Positions 13,600 to 24,744 of a stretch of DNA of 64,000 nucleotides are shown here, piece by piece; positions within the stretch are counted from its first letter, which is position 1; every line of letters begins with the position of its first letter. The stretch comes from Azolla caroliniana (Eukaryota > Plantae > Polypodiophyta): positions 12,276,001 through 12,340,000 of the forward strand of contig JBHGNT010000017.1 of the NCBI GenBank assembly GCA_043228905.1, written 5' to 3'. The position numbers and the translations under genes are program-made. The notes under the pieces are model-generated. The model was not told where the DNA came from and made no database searches. It worked only from the letters and a program-made list of their open reading frames with translations.

Positions 13600-14857
13600 A
13601 AGATCAAGGCTCTTCTTTCCACTTCTAGTGGTTTAGGTTTCCATTCCTGAAACTGAGCCACTGTTACACCATTTTCTGGTAGGATACGATGAATCTCAAT
13701 CAGCTCAGGTTCGGCCGACACAACTGGCGTCCTTTTCCTCTTCAAACCCCTAGTCGACTGTGTTGGGCCTGGCTTCACATTCTGGTGCTCTTGTTTTGTC
13801 GACTTAGTTATCAATCCTTGGATTACCTCGGTGCATGTAGCTACTGATCTGCTCGATATCAGTCCACTGGTATCACATGCTGCATCTACCTGCAACACCA
13901 AGTCATCTGTGCAACATGCTTGATCAACTTGTGTGACCAAATCACTTGTGTCAGTTGCTACATCTACTTTCAAGATGGGGCCCTTTAAACATGTCGCAAC
14001 ATCAACAGTATCCACACTTCCATTGGCCTTACGAGCAATAGAATCAAACCCTTTAGACTCTGCAACATCAGAAAACACCAACATATTCACACTCACAAAG
14101 TAACTAACAGTCTCACAAAACAACATCCTGAACATCAAAGAGTTTCAGTCATAGAACAACACTCTTCAAATTATCTTGGAAAAACATCATAGAGTTCCAT
14201 TACATAATGTGGATCAAGCAACAACCAATCTGAGGTTTTACTTGTCCAACAGGATAGTAAAACTTCATAAAACCCTAGCAAAATCCCTAAGCTAACAATC
14301 ATATCCAACTAAACAGTATTTCGCTCCACTACGTCTGGGCCCCTTGACCGAGTAACTGGTCTTGTTCCCGATTGTGGACCCTTCTTCAGCCTTTTTCTGG
14401 TCGGTTCCCTATTTAGCCTTGCTTCTTTCACCCAATGCGCAAGTGTGTCCTCCTCCAACAACCTTCCCATCGCCTCAGCAACTAATTACACATCAGCCGT
14501 TTCTTGAACTACCTTTTCAAGTACAGAGGGATCTGTTTGGACATTTTTAGTAGTTGGGCTCGGTGGGGTGGAATCAAGGTCTTGAGATTCGAAGAAATGT
14601 TGCATCAAGTGTTCATAAACATTGTTGTTGTGAACCTCAGTTTTACATGTTGTTTCCACTATTTCATGGCATTTCACATCGTTGCCTAATTCAGTACATT
14701 GTTCCAAAAGAATAGGGTGGAGCTGATCTAAAGGAGATGTGATAGCAGGACTCTTACTTTCAGCCACGTTGGCAGTAGTATCCTCATCTGTTGCAGCGTC
14801 ATCAGCACCAGACACATCATGTGTCGTCCTTAATCCACAAGATTCTACAATAACATG

Positions 14858-16072
14858 GTAGCTATTTAGGATAGCTAATTAGCTACTTTACTAAACTATG
14901 GTAGAAGCTAGGATAGCTAATTAGCTAGTACGATAGCTAATTAGCTACTTTACTCAACAATGGTAGTAGCTAGGATAGCCAATTAGCTACTATGGTAGCT
15001 AATTAGCTACTTTACTCAACTATGGTAGTAGCTAGGATAGCTAATTAGCTACTATAGTAGCTAATTAGCTACTTTACTCAACTATGGTAGTAGCTAGGAT
15101 AACTTATTAGCTACTAGGGTAGCTAATTAGCTACTAGGATAGCTTATTAGCTACTTTACACAACTATGGCAGTAGCTAATTAGCTACTAGGATAGCTAAT
15201 TAGCTTTTTTACACAACTATGGTACTAGCTAATTAGCTAGTACCATAGCTAATTAGCTACTAGGATAGCTAATTAGCTACTAGGATAGCTAATTAGCTAC
15301 TTTCTCAACTATGTAGTAGCTAGGATAGCTTATTAGCTACTAGGATAGCTAATTAGCTGCCAGTAGCTAATTAGCTACTAGGATAGCTTATTAGCTACTT
15401 TACACAACTATGGCAGTAGCTAATTAGCTACTAGGATAGCTAATTAGCGAGTAGGATAGCTAATTAGTTGCCAGTAGCTAATTAGCTAGTAGGATAGCTA
15501 ATTAGCTTTTTTACAGAACTATGGTACTAGCTAATTAGCTAGTACCATAGCTAATTAGCTACTAGGATAACTAACTTATTAGCTACTTTACACAACTATG
15601 GCAGTAGCTAATTAGCTAGTAGGATAGCTAATTAGCTAGTAGGATGGCTAATTAGCTACTAGGATAGCTAATTAGTTGCCATTAGCTAATTAGCTTTTTT
15701 ACACAACTATGGTACTAGCTAATTAGCTAGTACCATAGCTAATTAGCTACTAGGATAGCTAATTAGCCAGTAGCTCATTAGCTGCCAATAGCTAATTAGC
15801 TAGTAGGATAGCTAATTAGCTACTTTACACAACTATGGTGCTAGCTAATTAGCTATGCCAGTAGGATAGCTAATTAGCTAGTAGCTAACTAGCTGCCACT
15901 TAGCTAATTAACTACTGTAGTAAACTATGGCAGTAGCTAATTAACTAATAGGATAGCTATTAGCTGCTTTAATCAACTATGGTAGTAGCTAATTAGCTAC
16001 AACGATAGCAGCAAAATAGTTTCCATACTTTTTACTGCTTAGCTAATTAGAAAAGACTAAGCTTATTAGCTA
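14858..16072. repeat. Second TAGCTAATTAGCTA palindrome array (intron of the cargo gene)
   Basis: Same motif as 4755-5510, interspersed with CAACTATGG. Lies between a donor near 16087 and an acceptor near 14846. Confidence 0.93.
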
Positions 16073-17414
16073 CAATATGGTATACCTGTTAATTTTCTCC
16101 ACTCATTTGGTAGAGCTGTACTGCAATCTCCCAAACTGCAGCAATTCGACAAGCATGTTGAAAACAAAGCAGATGGTATGTGTGGTTGCATGGTTGTAGG
16201 TGAACCAACAAAGACGCAGTTTTGTCCTCCACACCTAACCTGCAAGCAATGCAACGTGCTTGAACTGTCAATAAATCATTTTCTGGTTCTGCTTCATTTG
16301 GTAAGGGAGCAAGAATGTTCAGGTCCAAATCCTCTCTGGTCCTTACCATTCCCTCCACAAAATGTAGTTGCTTCTTAAGGCAGCTAACTACCTGTTCTTG
16401 ATGAATGTATTGTTCCTTCAACGCAACAGAAAAATTTACCGATTAATTATTCCTGTTGTTGAAAGATACACCAACTTTGCTCAGGAATCGTTAACTTACT
16501 TGAAGCTTATCCAAATTGTAATCTGCAACAGTATTTACACCTAGAAGGTCCAGGTTCATTGAAATAACCTAGATCTCTATTTGCAGTTATATTTTACGTT
16601 GGGGATCCAGTGGCCCCTCTAATTCAAGCTCCTGTTGCGCAACCTATTCCAGATAATGCTTGATTAGCACATTTTACCCTTAAAGTTATTTATAACACAA
16701 TCACATACCAGCAAAACAATAGTTACCTGAATCTTATTTCTAATCGTTGTAACAACGGAAGTAACTTTGCTCTCCATTGCAGAAGCCATTGTGGCTTTCT
16801 CTAAATCAGTCTTAAAAAATGCCAATGTCTCACAGGCTTCATGGACATTGTTTAGCATATAGCTAACCAATGTCTCACCTGTATCATCGGCATTGGCTTT
16901 CCTAGGGTGTCAGTGTGGTGTATGCCCCCGGTCTTGCTGGGAGTCGGCAGTTGCATCAACAGCTGCCATGCTCCAAAATCTATCTATTTTTTGTGCCAAG
17001 GTCCCCATCTTTCGGCATCTTTTTACCGATGCCTCACCATAGACTGCCCAAGCTACCCTATACATTTTAGGGTCTTTGGATTCCTTCGTTGTTTTGCAGT
17101 ACTCATGCAAATGCTCTAGCAAATGAAACTGACAACTCATTGTTGACTAGGATCTCCTGATGAACTTTTTGGTGCAGCCTCATGCAGTCATCGTACAAGT
17201 CGGCTCGTACATGCTTCAGCTTGACCTTGCCTTTGACTCTAGGCACTGTATATACTATCATCCAGTCTACATCACTGATCAATTTATCACTTAGGACAGC
17301 AGGGTCAACACCCTCGAGTGACAGACCATAGGTGTTGTGGAAGTCCTCCTTTGTCTCGCAAAATTTTGCGAAGTTTAGCACTCTCGGATACGGAGGAACG
17401 AGCCATCTGAAATA

Positions 17415-17920
17415 TCATTTCAGAAATCAGAAATAATGCAAAATCAGAATATGTCAGAATCAGAAACCCCAATCAACAACAACAAAAATGGTGCAAAATC
17501 TTTAACTTAGCAAATCAAAAACCCTAATCATAATTTGTATTCAGAAATTTGAAATCAGAAACCCTAATCAAAATCTGTAATCAGAAGTTTGTAACAAGAA
17601 ACCCTATTTAGAAATTCTAATCAGAAATTTATAATCAAAAACCCGAATCAGAAATTTCAATCAGAAACCCTAATCAGAAATTTCAATCACAAACCCTAAT
17701 CAGAAATCCTAAACAGAAATTTATAAACAAAAACCCTATTCAGAAATTCTAATCTGTAATCAAAATTTGTAACCAGAAACCCTATTCAGAAATCTAATCA
17801 GAAATTTATAATCAAAAACCCTAATCAGAAATTTCAATCACAAACCCTAATAAGAAATTGTAATCAGAAATTTATAAACAAAAACCCTAATCAGAAATGT
17901 CAATCAGAAACCCCAATCAT
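17415..17920. repeat. Degenerate AATCAGAAACCCT repeat array containing telo-box-like AAACCCTAA
   Basis: Repeated AATCAGAAA(TTT/CCCT) units inside a predicted minus-strand intron. Confidence 0.8.
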
Positions 17921-18472
17921 CACTAAAGACAGGATTAAACACAAAAAAAGTAATATAAACACACCTGCTACTACTCCCCGATCTACGAGACATCCTTGTA
18001 TGGGACTCCAAGGACTTCGCCCTATTCGATTTTGGGGAAATATGACTCGGCACCAAAGTTCAGACAATAGTCAAAAAGAAAAAACAAATGTTTGGGGTTT
18101 TTGTAACTGAAACATACCTGGACGATGATCGAGTGGGTTCTATGTTGTAGCTCTCAATCTACAATGTCGATTTTCTGCTGTTGCGGGAGCTACGTCTGCG
18201 TTCGTGCTATGAGTACTCCATTTGCGTTCAAAATCAAACCTAGGCTAAACAGGAAATTGATGACATTGAAGTCGACCTTAGATAATGGTGCTATTCCCCA
18301 AGTTCCACTACGTCTGAAACAGCAGTTCAAATATTTGAGTTTTTTCATAAATTAGTTTTTCAAATATTTGATTTTCCCACAAAAAAGACTAGCTAAACAA
18401 ATAGCTAATTAGCTATGGCCATTTTAGTAGCTAATTAGCTATAATAGTGTTTCCAATCGCATGCTTTTACCT

Positions 18473-21086
18473 ATAGTCGGTTTGCTCGGTGTCGTTGCTT
18501 TTCTTCTTCCGAGCGGTCCACGACAACATGTGGTGTCAATTTCCATCGGAGTTGGAGTACTTACTGGAGGCGCATTATATGACTCCCTCGGAAAAGGTTT
18601 CGCTACCACTAAGGCGTAGGTAGGCTCAGATCTTGCCCTTGGCATCTGGAACTGATGTTCTGAATGTCATTTGAAGAGGCGATTGTCGCATCTCACTGCA
18701 CGACTGATTGCTTCTGTTAATGACGTTGTTGCATCGTTACGATGGTTGCTTCGAGTTGTTGCTCACGTAACGTCAGCTCCCCGTGTTGTTGTTGTTTTTC
18801 CTGCGCAATTTGTTGAAGATCCCCCAACAAACGGTGATTTTCTTGTTCTAGTGCTATAAATTTCTCCTTTAAGCATTGGAGCTCCGAGAAATCAAATTGG
18901 TATTCCTGAGCGCTAACAGTTTCCATTTTACTAGGGAGGATAAGAGGATTAGTATGAAAGGAAGAAAGGGGTAAGAAAATGTGGGAAACCGAAAAGAAGA
19001 CCGGAAAAAGGGGATATGTAAGAAGATAAAAGGAAGAGGAGGAAAGGAGGAGACGGAAGGAGGACGTACAAAATCGGTTCAAACTGTCAGGATTAGTACT
19101 AAGACAGAGAAGGAATTAGTACTAAAAAATGAGGATTAGTACTAAGAGAGGTGTAGAACTCTCGTGAGAAGGAAGGAGTGAGAAAGAGAGAGAGGGGGGT
19201 TGTGAGAGAATGATGATAAAAGATATATATTATGTGAAGAGAGTATACAATAGTAGCTAGGAGGCTTAAGATTGGCGTTGAACCGATTTGGTTCGAAATA
19301 ATGCCTTGTGCCTCCTTTTATAGTGTTCTCAGGAGTACTCCTGAAGTTTCTAGAATGTTCTAGAGAAATCTAGAATATACATCAATTTTCTATAATAAAA
19401 CATAAATGAAAATAATATTTTACGTATTACAATGTATGGTCTAATGGTCAAGAGCTCGACCCATGTAGCATAAGGTTATGGGTTCGAGTCTTGCCATATC
19501 ATGACACTATATGCTAGACTATAGAATACTAAACCATTATATACAACTACATGCTCATATCAGAATGGTTGAGCATGACATGTGGTGTCAATTTCCATCG
19601 GAGTTGGAGTACTTACTGGAGGCGCATTATATGACTCCCTCGGAAAAGGTTTCGCTACCACTAAGGCGTAGGTAGGCTCAGATCTTGCCCTTGGCATCTG
19701 GAGCTGACGTTCCGAATGTCGTTCAAAGAGGCGATTGTCGCATCTCACTGCACGACTGATTGCTTCTGTTAATGACTTTGGTTCTTCGGGAAAGGTCAAG
19801 AGTAAATCTTTGACATCGTTACGTAGACCATAACGAAATTGCTCCATTAATGCTTGATCATCCCAGGAGATATCGGAGGCTAGTAGACGAAAATCTGCAA
19901 CGTACGCGGAGGCTGGATGATCGCCTTGACATAGTCATCGGATTTGTTGATTGTTGTCCTTATGCTATCAGTATCTCCAAAACAAGCTTTAAACTCACTT
20001 ATAAATTCTTCAAATTTGTTTAGTACTAGAGATTCTTTTTCTAATAGCGGAGCGAACCATGCCAATGCTAAGCCACTTAACAACGTGCCTACTAAACCCA
20101 CTCCTGATGCATCGGTGGGATATTGGGAAGGATGCATTTGAATAACTGGTCGTACCTGATTAAGGAACCCTCTAAACTACAATCGCGTTCCATCAAATTT
20201 CATGGGAAGGCCGATCTTGGGTTCTTTATGAATCCCTTATGTTCCGGGTCCTTGTTGTTGCATCGCTACGATGGTTGCTTCGAGTTGTTGCACACGTAAC
20301 GTCAGCTCCCCGTGTTGTTGTTGTTTTTCCTGCGCAATTTGTTGAAGATCCCCCAACAAACGGTGATTTTCTTGTTCTAGTGCTATAAATTTCTCCTTTA
20401 AGCATTGGAGCTCCGAGAAATCAAATTGGTATTCCTGAGCGCTAACAGTTTCCATTTTACTAGGGAGGATAAGAGGATTAGTATGAAAGGAAGAAAGGGG
20501 TAAGAAGATGTGGGAAACCGAAAAGAAGACCGGAAAAAGGGGATATGTAAGAAGATAAAAGGAAGAGGAGGAAAGGAGGAGACGGAAGGAGGACGTACAA
20601 AATCGGTTCAAACTGTCAGGATTAGTACTAAGACAGAGAAGGAATTAGTACTAAAAAATGATGATTAGTACTAAGAGAGGTGTAGAACTCTCGAGAGAAG
20701 GAAGGAGTGAGAGAGAGAGAGAGGGGGGGTGACAAAATGATGATAAAAGATATATATTATGTGAAGAGAGTATACAATAGTAGCTAGGAAGATTAAGACT
20801 GGCGTTGAACCGATTTGGTTCGAAATAATGCCTTGTGCCTCCTTTTATAGTGTTCTCAGGAGTACTCTTGAAGTTTCTAGAATGTTCCAGAGAAATCTGG
20901 AATATACATCAATTTTCTATAATAAAACATAAATGAAAATAATATTTTACGTATTACAATGTATGGTCTAATGGTCAAGAGTTCGACCCATGTAGCATAA
21001 GGTCATGGGTTTGAGTCTTGTCATATCATGACACTATATGTTAGATTATAGAATACTAAACCATTATATACAACTGCATGCTCATA
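18473..21086 (-). mobile_element. Chromovirus family A 5' region, duplicated: LTR 19085-19580 and truncated LTR 20614-21086, each followed by gag
   Basis: Two near-identical LTR + leader + gag starts (METVSAQEY). Gag motifs WFAPLLE, FRYGLRNDVKD and PMEIDTT. The inner copy has an internal gag deletion. Confidence 0.9.
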
Positions 21087-21109
21087 CAACTACAACTACA
21101 ACCATTTTC

Positions 21110-21668
21110 TGACTTCGCATCGAGCTTCTTCCGCATCTCATCCATTCCTCTATCGGAAGAGCACCACCCATTCCTTTGTCCATTTTCTCTTCGTATCTGT
21201 ACTTGTCCGGGGATTAGGGTTTGTCTGTGTTGAAACGGTTTTCGGCTGTAGAGGATTCTCAACCCTCGCACTCTAATGCCATAAAAAGATTATGTATGGA
21301 AGCTAAAACAAAGGCTCATCCGAACAGCAACAAAGAAAACATAGAGTATAGAGATACACAAAACATGGGAGAGATAGAAGAAGACACAAAAAACTCAATT
21401 AAAAAATAATACACCCTATACATACAATATGCTCAGGGAACACTTTTATACAAGTCCTTAAAGGACTGACAGAAGTACTAACAAGTATTTCAATGCTCAT
21501 AAATGACCTACTGATACTAACTCCTAGAAAATATTCCTTTGAGGAATATCGGTCCCACTGGCCTATCGGCTCAACGACGATCCGTCCTAGCCGATCGGTG
21601 TCTCTGGCTCCTAGCTTCTTCAGCCGATCCGGGCCTCATCGATCCGATGTTGAACTTGCTTCTCAACA
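21110..21668 (-). mobile_element. Degenerate Ty1/copia 5' LTR (~21282-21668) with PBS remnant and leader
   Basis: Homologous to the LTRs at 271 and 8100 (CACTTTTATACAAG, TCTCAACA end). Decayed PBS at ~21270-21281. Confidence 0.75.
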
Positions 21669-22567
21669 TCCTATAAAGCCACCTCCACTCGTAGAAAAAT
21701 TAGGGCGTTTTAATATAATAACTTAGATATTCCCTATGGTGCACTCAAACAATCCCAACCAAAAAGCGGCCCCAAAATGAGGTGGGACAAACCCAAGCAG
21801 TCCAAAAGTGAGTTGGGACAGTCACGATCAGCGCGTAGTCCCAATCTGAGTTGGGACTCAAGAAAGGAACTACTCCCAATTCCAATCCCAAGAGTTAGCT
21901 CAACGGCTAGTCCCAACGGCCATATCTTGGCCCATATAAGGAGCGCTTCTCCTCATATTGGATCCTTCCTAATCTCTTTCTCGTTGTAATATTGAACCCA
22001 GTGTAGTATCTCTTTTTGGTTGTCCCAATATTGGGACGTTTGTAAACTTATTTCTCTTTCTTATAATAAAGATCATCTTTTTATCCCTATTCTCTTCGTT
22101 CCAACATTCCCTATTACAAAATTCCCTCTCTTTTTCTCTAAGAGGTGATCCATCATCTATAGCCATTAGAAAACTTGAAAAAACATGTTTTATAGCAATA
22201 AATATATATATGTTAAATTTGCTTTTCTTTTTTGATACAAATATTGTGCCCTTCTTGCACAATATATTGGTCCAACGTTCCTAGATTCCAAGAGAGAGAG
22301 AGAGAGAGGGAGCGAGAGAAGAAAAAGATAGAAAGGAATGGACAACGATCTAGTGAGCATTGAATCTTGCTTTTGGGCTCTCCTCCTCACACTCAATGCA
22401 ATTCTATCTAACAAATAAATGGAAGTAATTCGTTGATGATGATGTTACGTAGTAAGAAAGATCGTGTAATAAGTGTTTTGTTTTATTTGATGCCCCTTTC
22501 CCGAGGCGAGGCTACTACACAGGTAGCCATGATGGGATGGGCAATGGGCATCATCAGAGCATATTTA

Positions 22568-24744
22568 TTATATGGCGCCTGATGCGTGCGTATTGCTGCT
22601 GGTGCTGACGAAGTGGCCCCAGAACCAGTGGGCCCTCCACACGTGGGCCATGTGGTCGATGGGGATGCCTTTGGTCTCCGGCAGGAAGAGCAGTGTGAAG
22701 AGTCCCATGACAGCCAGCCATCCCGCGAAGAAGAGGAAGATGCCGAACTTGAAGGCACAGAGCATGGACAGGAAGGTCTGGGCGATGATGAACTTGAAGA
22801 GCATGTTGGTGAACACCGTTATGCTCTGTGCCGCCGATCGGATGTCCTGCGGGAAGATCTCGCTGGGGATGAGCCACGCCAGAGGCCCCCACGAGCCTGC
22901 GAACATGGCCACGAACAAGCAAACTCCCCCTAGCTCCACCACACTCCCCAATCTCGATAACCTTTGCACTGTCATCATCGGCCGAGTACTAATGTCCAAC
23001 CCAAATACGATGCCAATCATGACCTGCACGCACGCACACATCACATATACATATACATACACATACAATAATACTAATAATCGAGTTGTAAATAGAGTCT
23101 AGTAGGAAGTAGTTGCAGGAGGAGAAGGGATGGATATTTAAATTTTTTACCATGCATACAAACATGACTATGGTGGATGTGAGAAGGATCTTCCTTCTTC
23201 CGAACCTGTCCACGATTAAGATGGAGACCATGATCCCCACAAATGAGACGATCCCAATGACGAGAGTGGAGTAGAGCGAGGCTTGCGCTCCCAGGCCCGC
23301 TGCTTTGAAGAGGAAAGGCCCGTAGAAAAGAATGGCGTCGTTGCCCGAGAATTGCTGGAAGAAAGGCATAGCGATGGCCACCAGCAGCTGCGGCGCATGC
23401 TTCCTCCTCCACACCATCTTCCCCAACGACTTGCTCTGTGTACCCGCCAGTTGCTGTTCATCCTTTACTCTGGACGCGTCCACCAATTCCATGTATTCTC
23501 TGCTCACATCTTTACATCCCAGTATCCTCATCAGGACCTCCTTGCCTTTCTCCTGCTCCCCTCCGCTGATGAGAAAGCTGGGTGTATCCTCCAGAAATAG
23601 ACCTGCAAACAGAACTGCCACGCCTGGGACAGCAGCTGCTGCCAGAGACAGCCTCCACCCCCATGGATGTATGCGCTGAGCCAAGTAATTCACCAGGTTT
23701 GCTCCCACCACACCCAAGCCAATGTTCATGGAGAACATCATGTGGAGTCCTCCTCTGTAGCTGGGGGGCGCCATCTCCGACAAATACAGGGGAATGGCCT
23801 TGTGGCAACATCGAAATCATACCAACCACCAGAGATTTTAGATTTGTTTCACATCCCAACAAAACAAAATCGGATGTGGTGTGTATCTATCTATCTATCT
23901 ATTTATACATGTATGGTTATATATATCACATATAGTAGTAGTGGTTACACCTGATTGCTAAAGCCGATGCCGATGCCGAGGAAGACACGGCCGAGAATGA
24001 GCATCTCCAGGTTCTCAGCGCCAGCACCGAGCGCAGTCCCCAGGAGGAAGAAGATACCTGCCACGATCATGCTGGCCCTGTGGCCGCGCATTCTCGTCAA
24101 CTTACCGGCGAAAAACGTGGTGAATAAGGCGGAAAGGTAGAGGGAGGAGGTGTAGAGTTGCAAGACCAGGTTGTTGTACCTACAGTAGTTGTCATGCAAG
24201 CGAATGCCGCGCTCCTCTTGGTATACGGTGGGGTAGAATTTCTGCAAGAAATCATCCATGATGGAGACACCTCCTGTATGGAGAAGGATGTGACAAAGAA
24301 GACAAGTTAGATTTGTATGGAGAAGGATGTGACAAAGAAGACAAGTTAGATTTGTATGGAGAAGGATGTGACAAAGAAGACAAGTTAGATTTGTATGGAG
24401 AAGGATGTGACAAAGAAGACAAGTTAGATTTGTATGGAGAAGGATGTGACAAAGAAGACAAGTTAGATTTGTATGTACGTATGTATGTATGTATGTATGT
24501 ATTTGGAGCCGTGGGAGAGAGAGGAGAAGAGATTAGATACGGTCATTGAACTATGTAGTAATATACCTGCAACAACGAGGTCGTAGCCATACATGAGGCC
24601 ACCAGAGGCGGCGAGGAGGCATGTGAAGAAGGCATAGGCGGTGAGTTTTGGTGGTGGTGATGGTGATGTAGAAGAAGTCGGAGGACTAATAGTAGTAGCA
24701 GCATAGTGATGATGCTGATGAGTTGCTCCTCCTTCCATTTCCAT
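22568..24744 (-). CDS. STP: Sugar transport protein (STP / MFS monosaccharide-H+ symporter), ~534 aa, exons 24744-24567, 24273-23951, 23798-23151, 23023-22568
   Basis: Motifs [65 protein letters not shown] and LPETKG. Three GT-AG introns in the usual STP arrangement. The 1605-nt spliced frame is open. Confidence 0.95.
24275..24473. repeat. 39-bp perfect tandem repeat x5 in STP intron 1
   Basis: TGTATGGAGAAGGATGTGACAAAGAAGACAAGTTAGATT repeated five times. Confidence 0.95.

Larger units (their letters stand above)
7797..18120 (-). pseudogene. Multi-exon cargo gene(s) of the Sola2 element: RING-H2 finger and C-terminal FCP1/NIF-like domain, disrupted by copia
   Basis: Minus-strand coding blocks at ~16880-17407, 16089-16430 (CIAC..CNHTYHLLC..CSLGDC with a frameshift), 14300-14840, 13600-14060 (RRALILEL) and 7797-8090 (WARENC..KRLSDFWATWPEYNANNTLILD). 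GT-AG boundaries are visible. The full exon chain is not resolved. Confidence 0.55.
3403..18472 (+). mobile_element. Sola2-type DNA transposon with cargo gene (15.07 kb including a nested copia)
   Basis: 25-bp TIRs at 3403-3427 and 18448-18472 (21/25 match). 4-bp TSD ATAG at 3399-3402 and 18473-18476. Removing the element restores gypsy gag RANRLCLYC. Transposase motifs DFxENY, WSDGAASQFK and GHGKGEHDG. Confidence 0.82.

Noticed and set aside
19430-19500. Possible functional tRNA gene
   Set aside because: No convincing acceptor or anticodon stems. Kept only as tRNA-like boxes within an LTR.
21735-21925. Possible MITE with TTGGGAC/GTCCCAA motifs
   Set aside because: Could not define terminal inverted repeats or a TSD.
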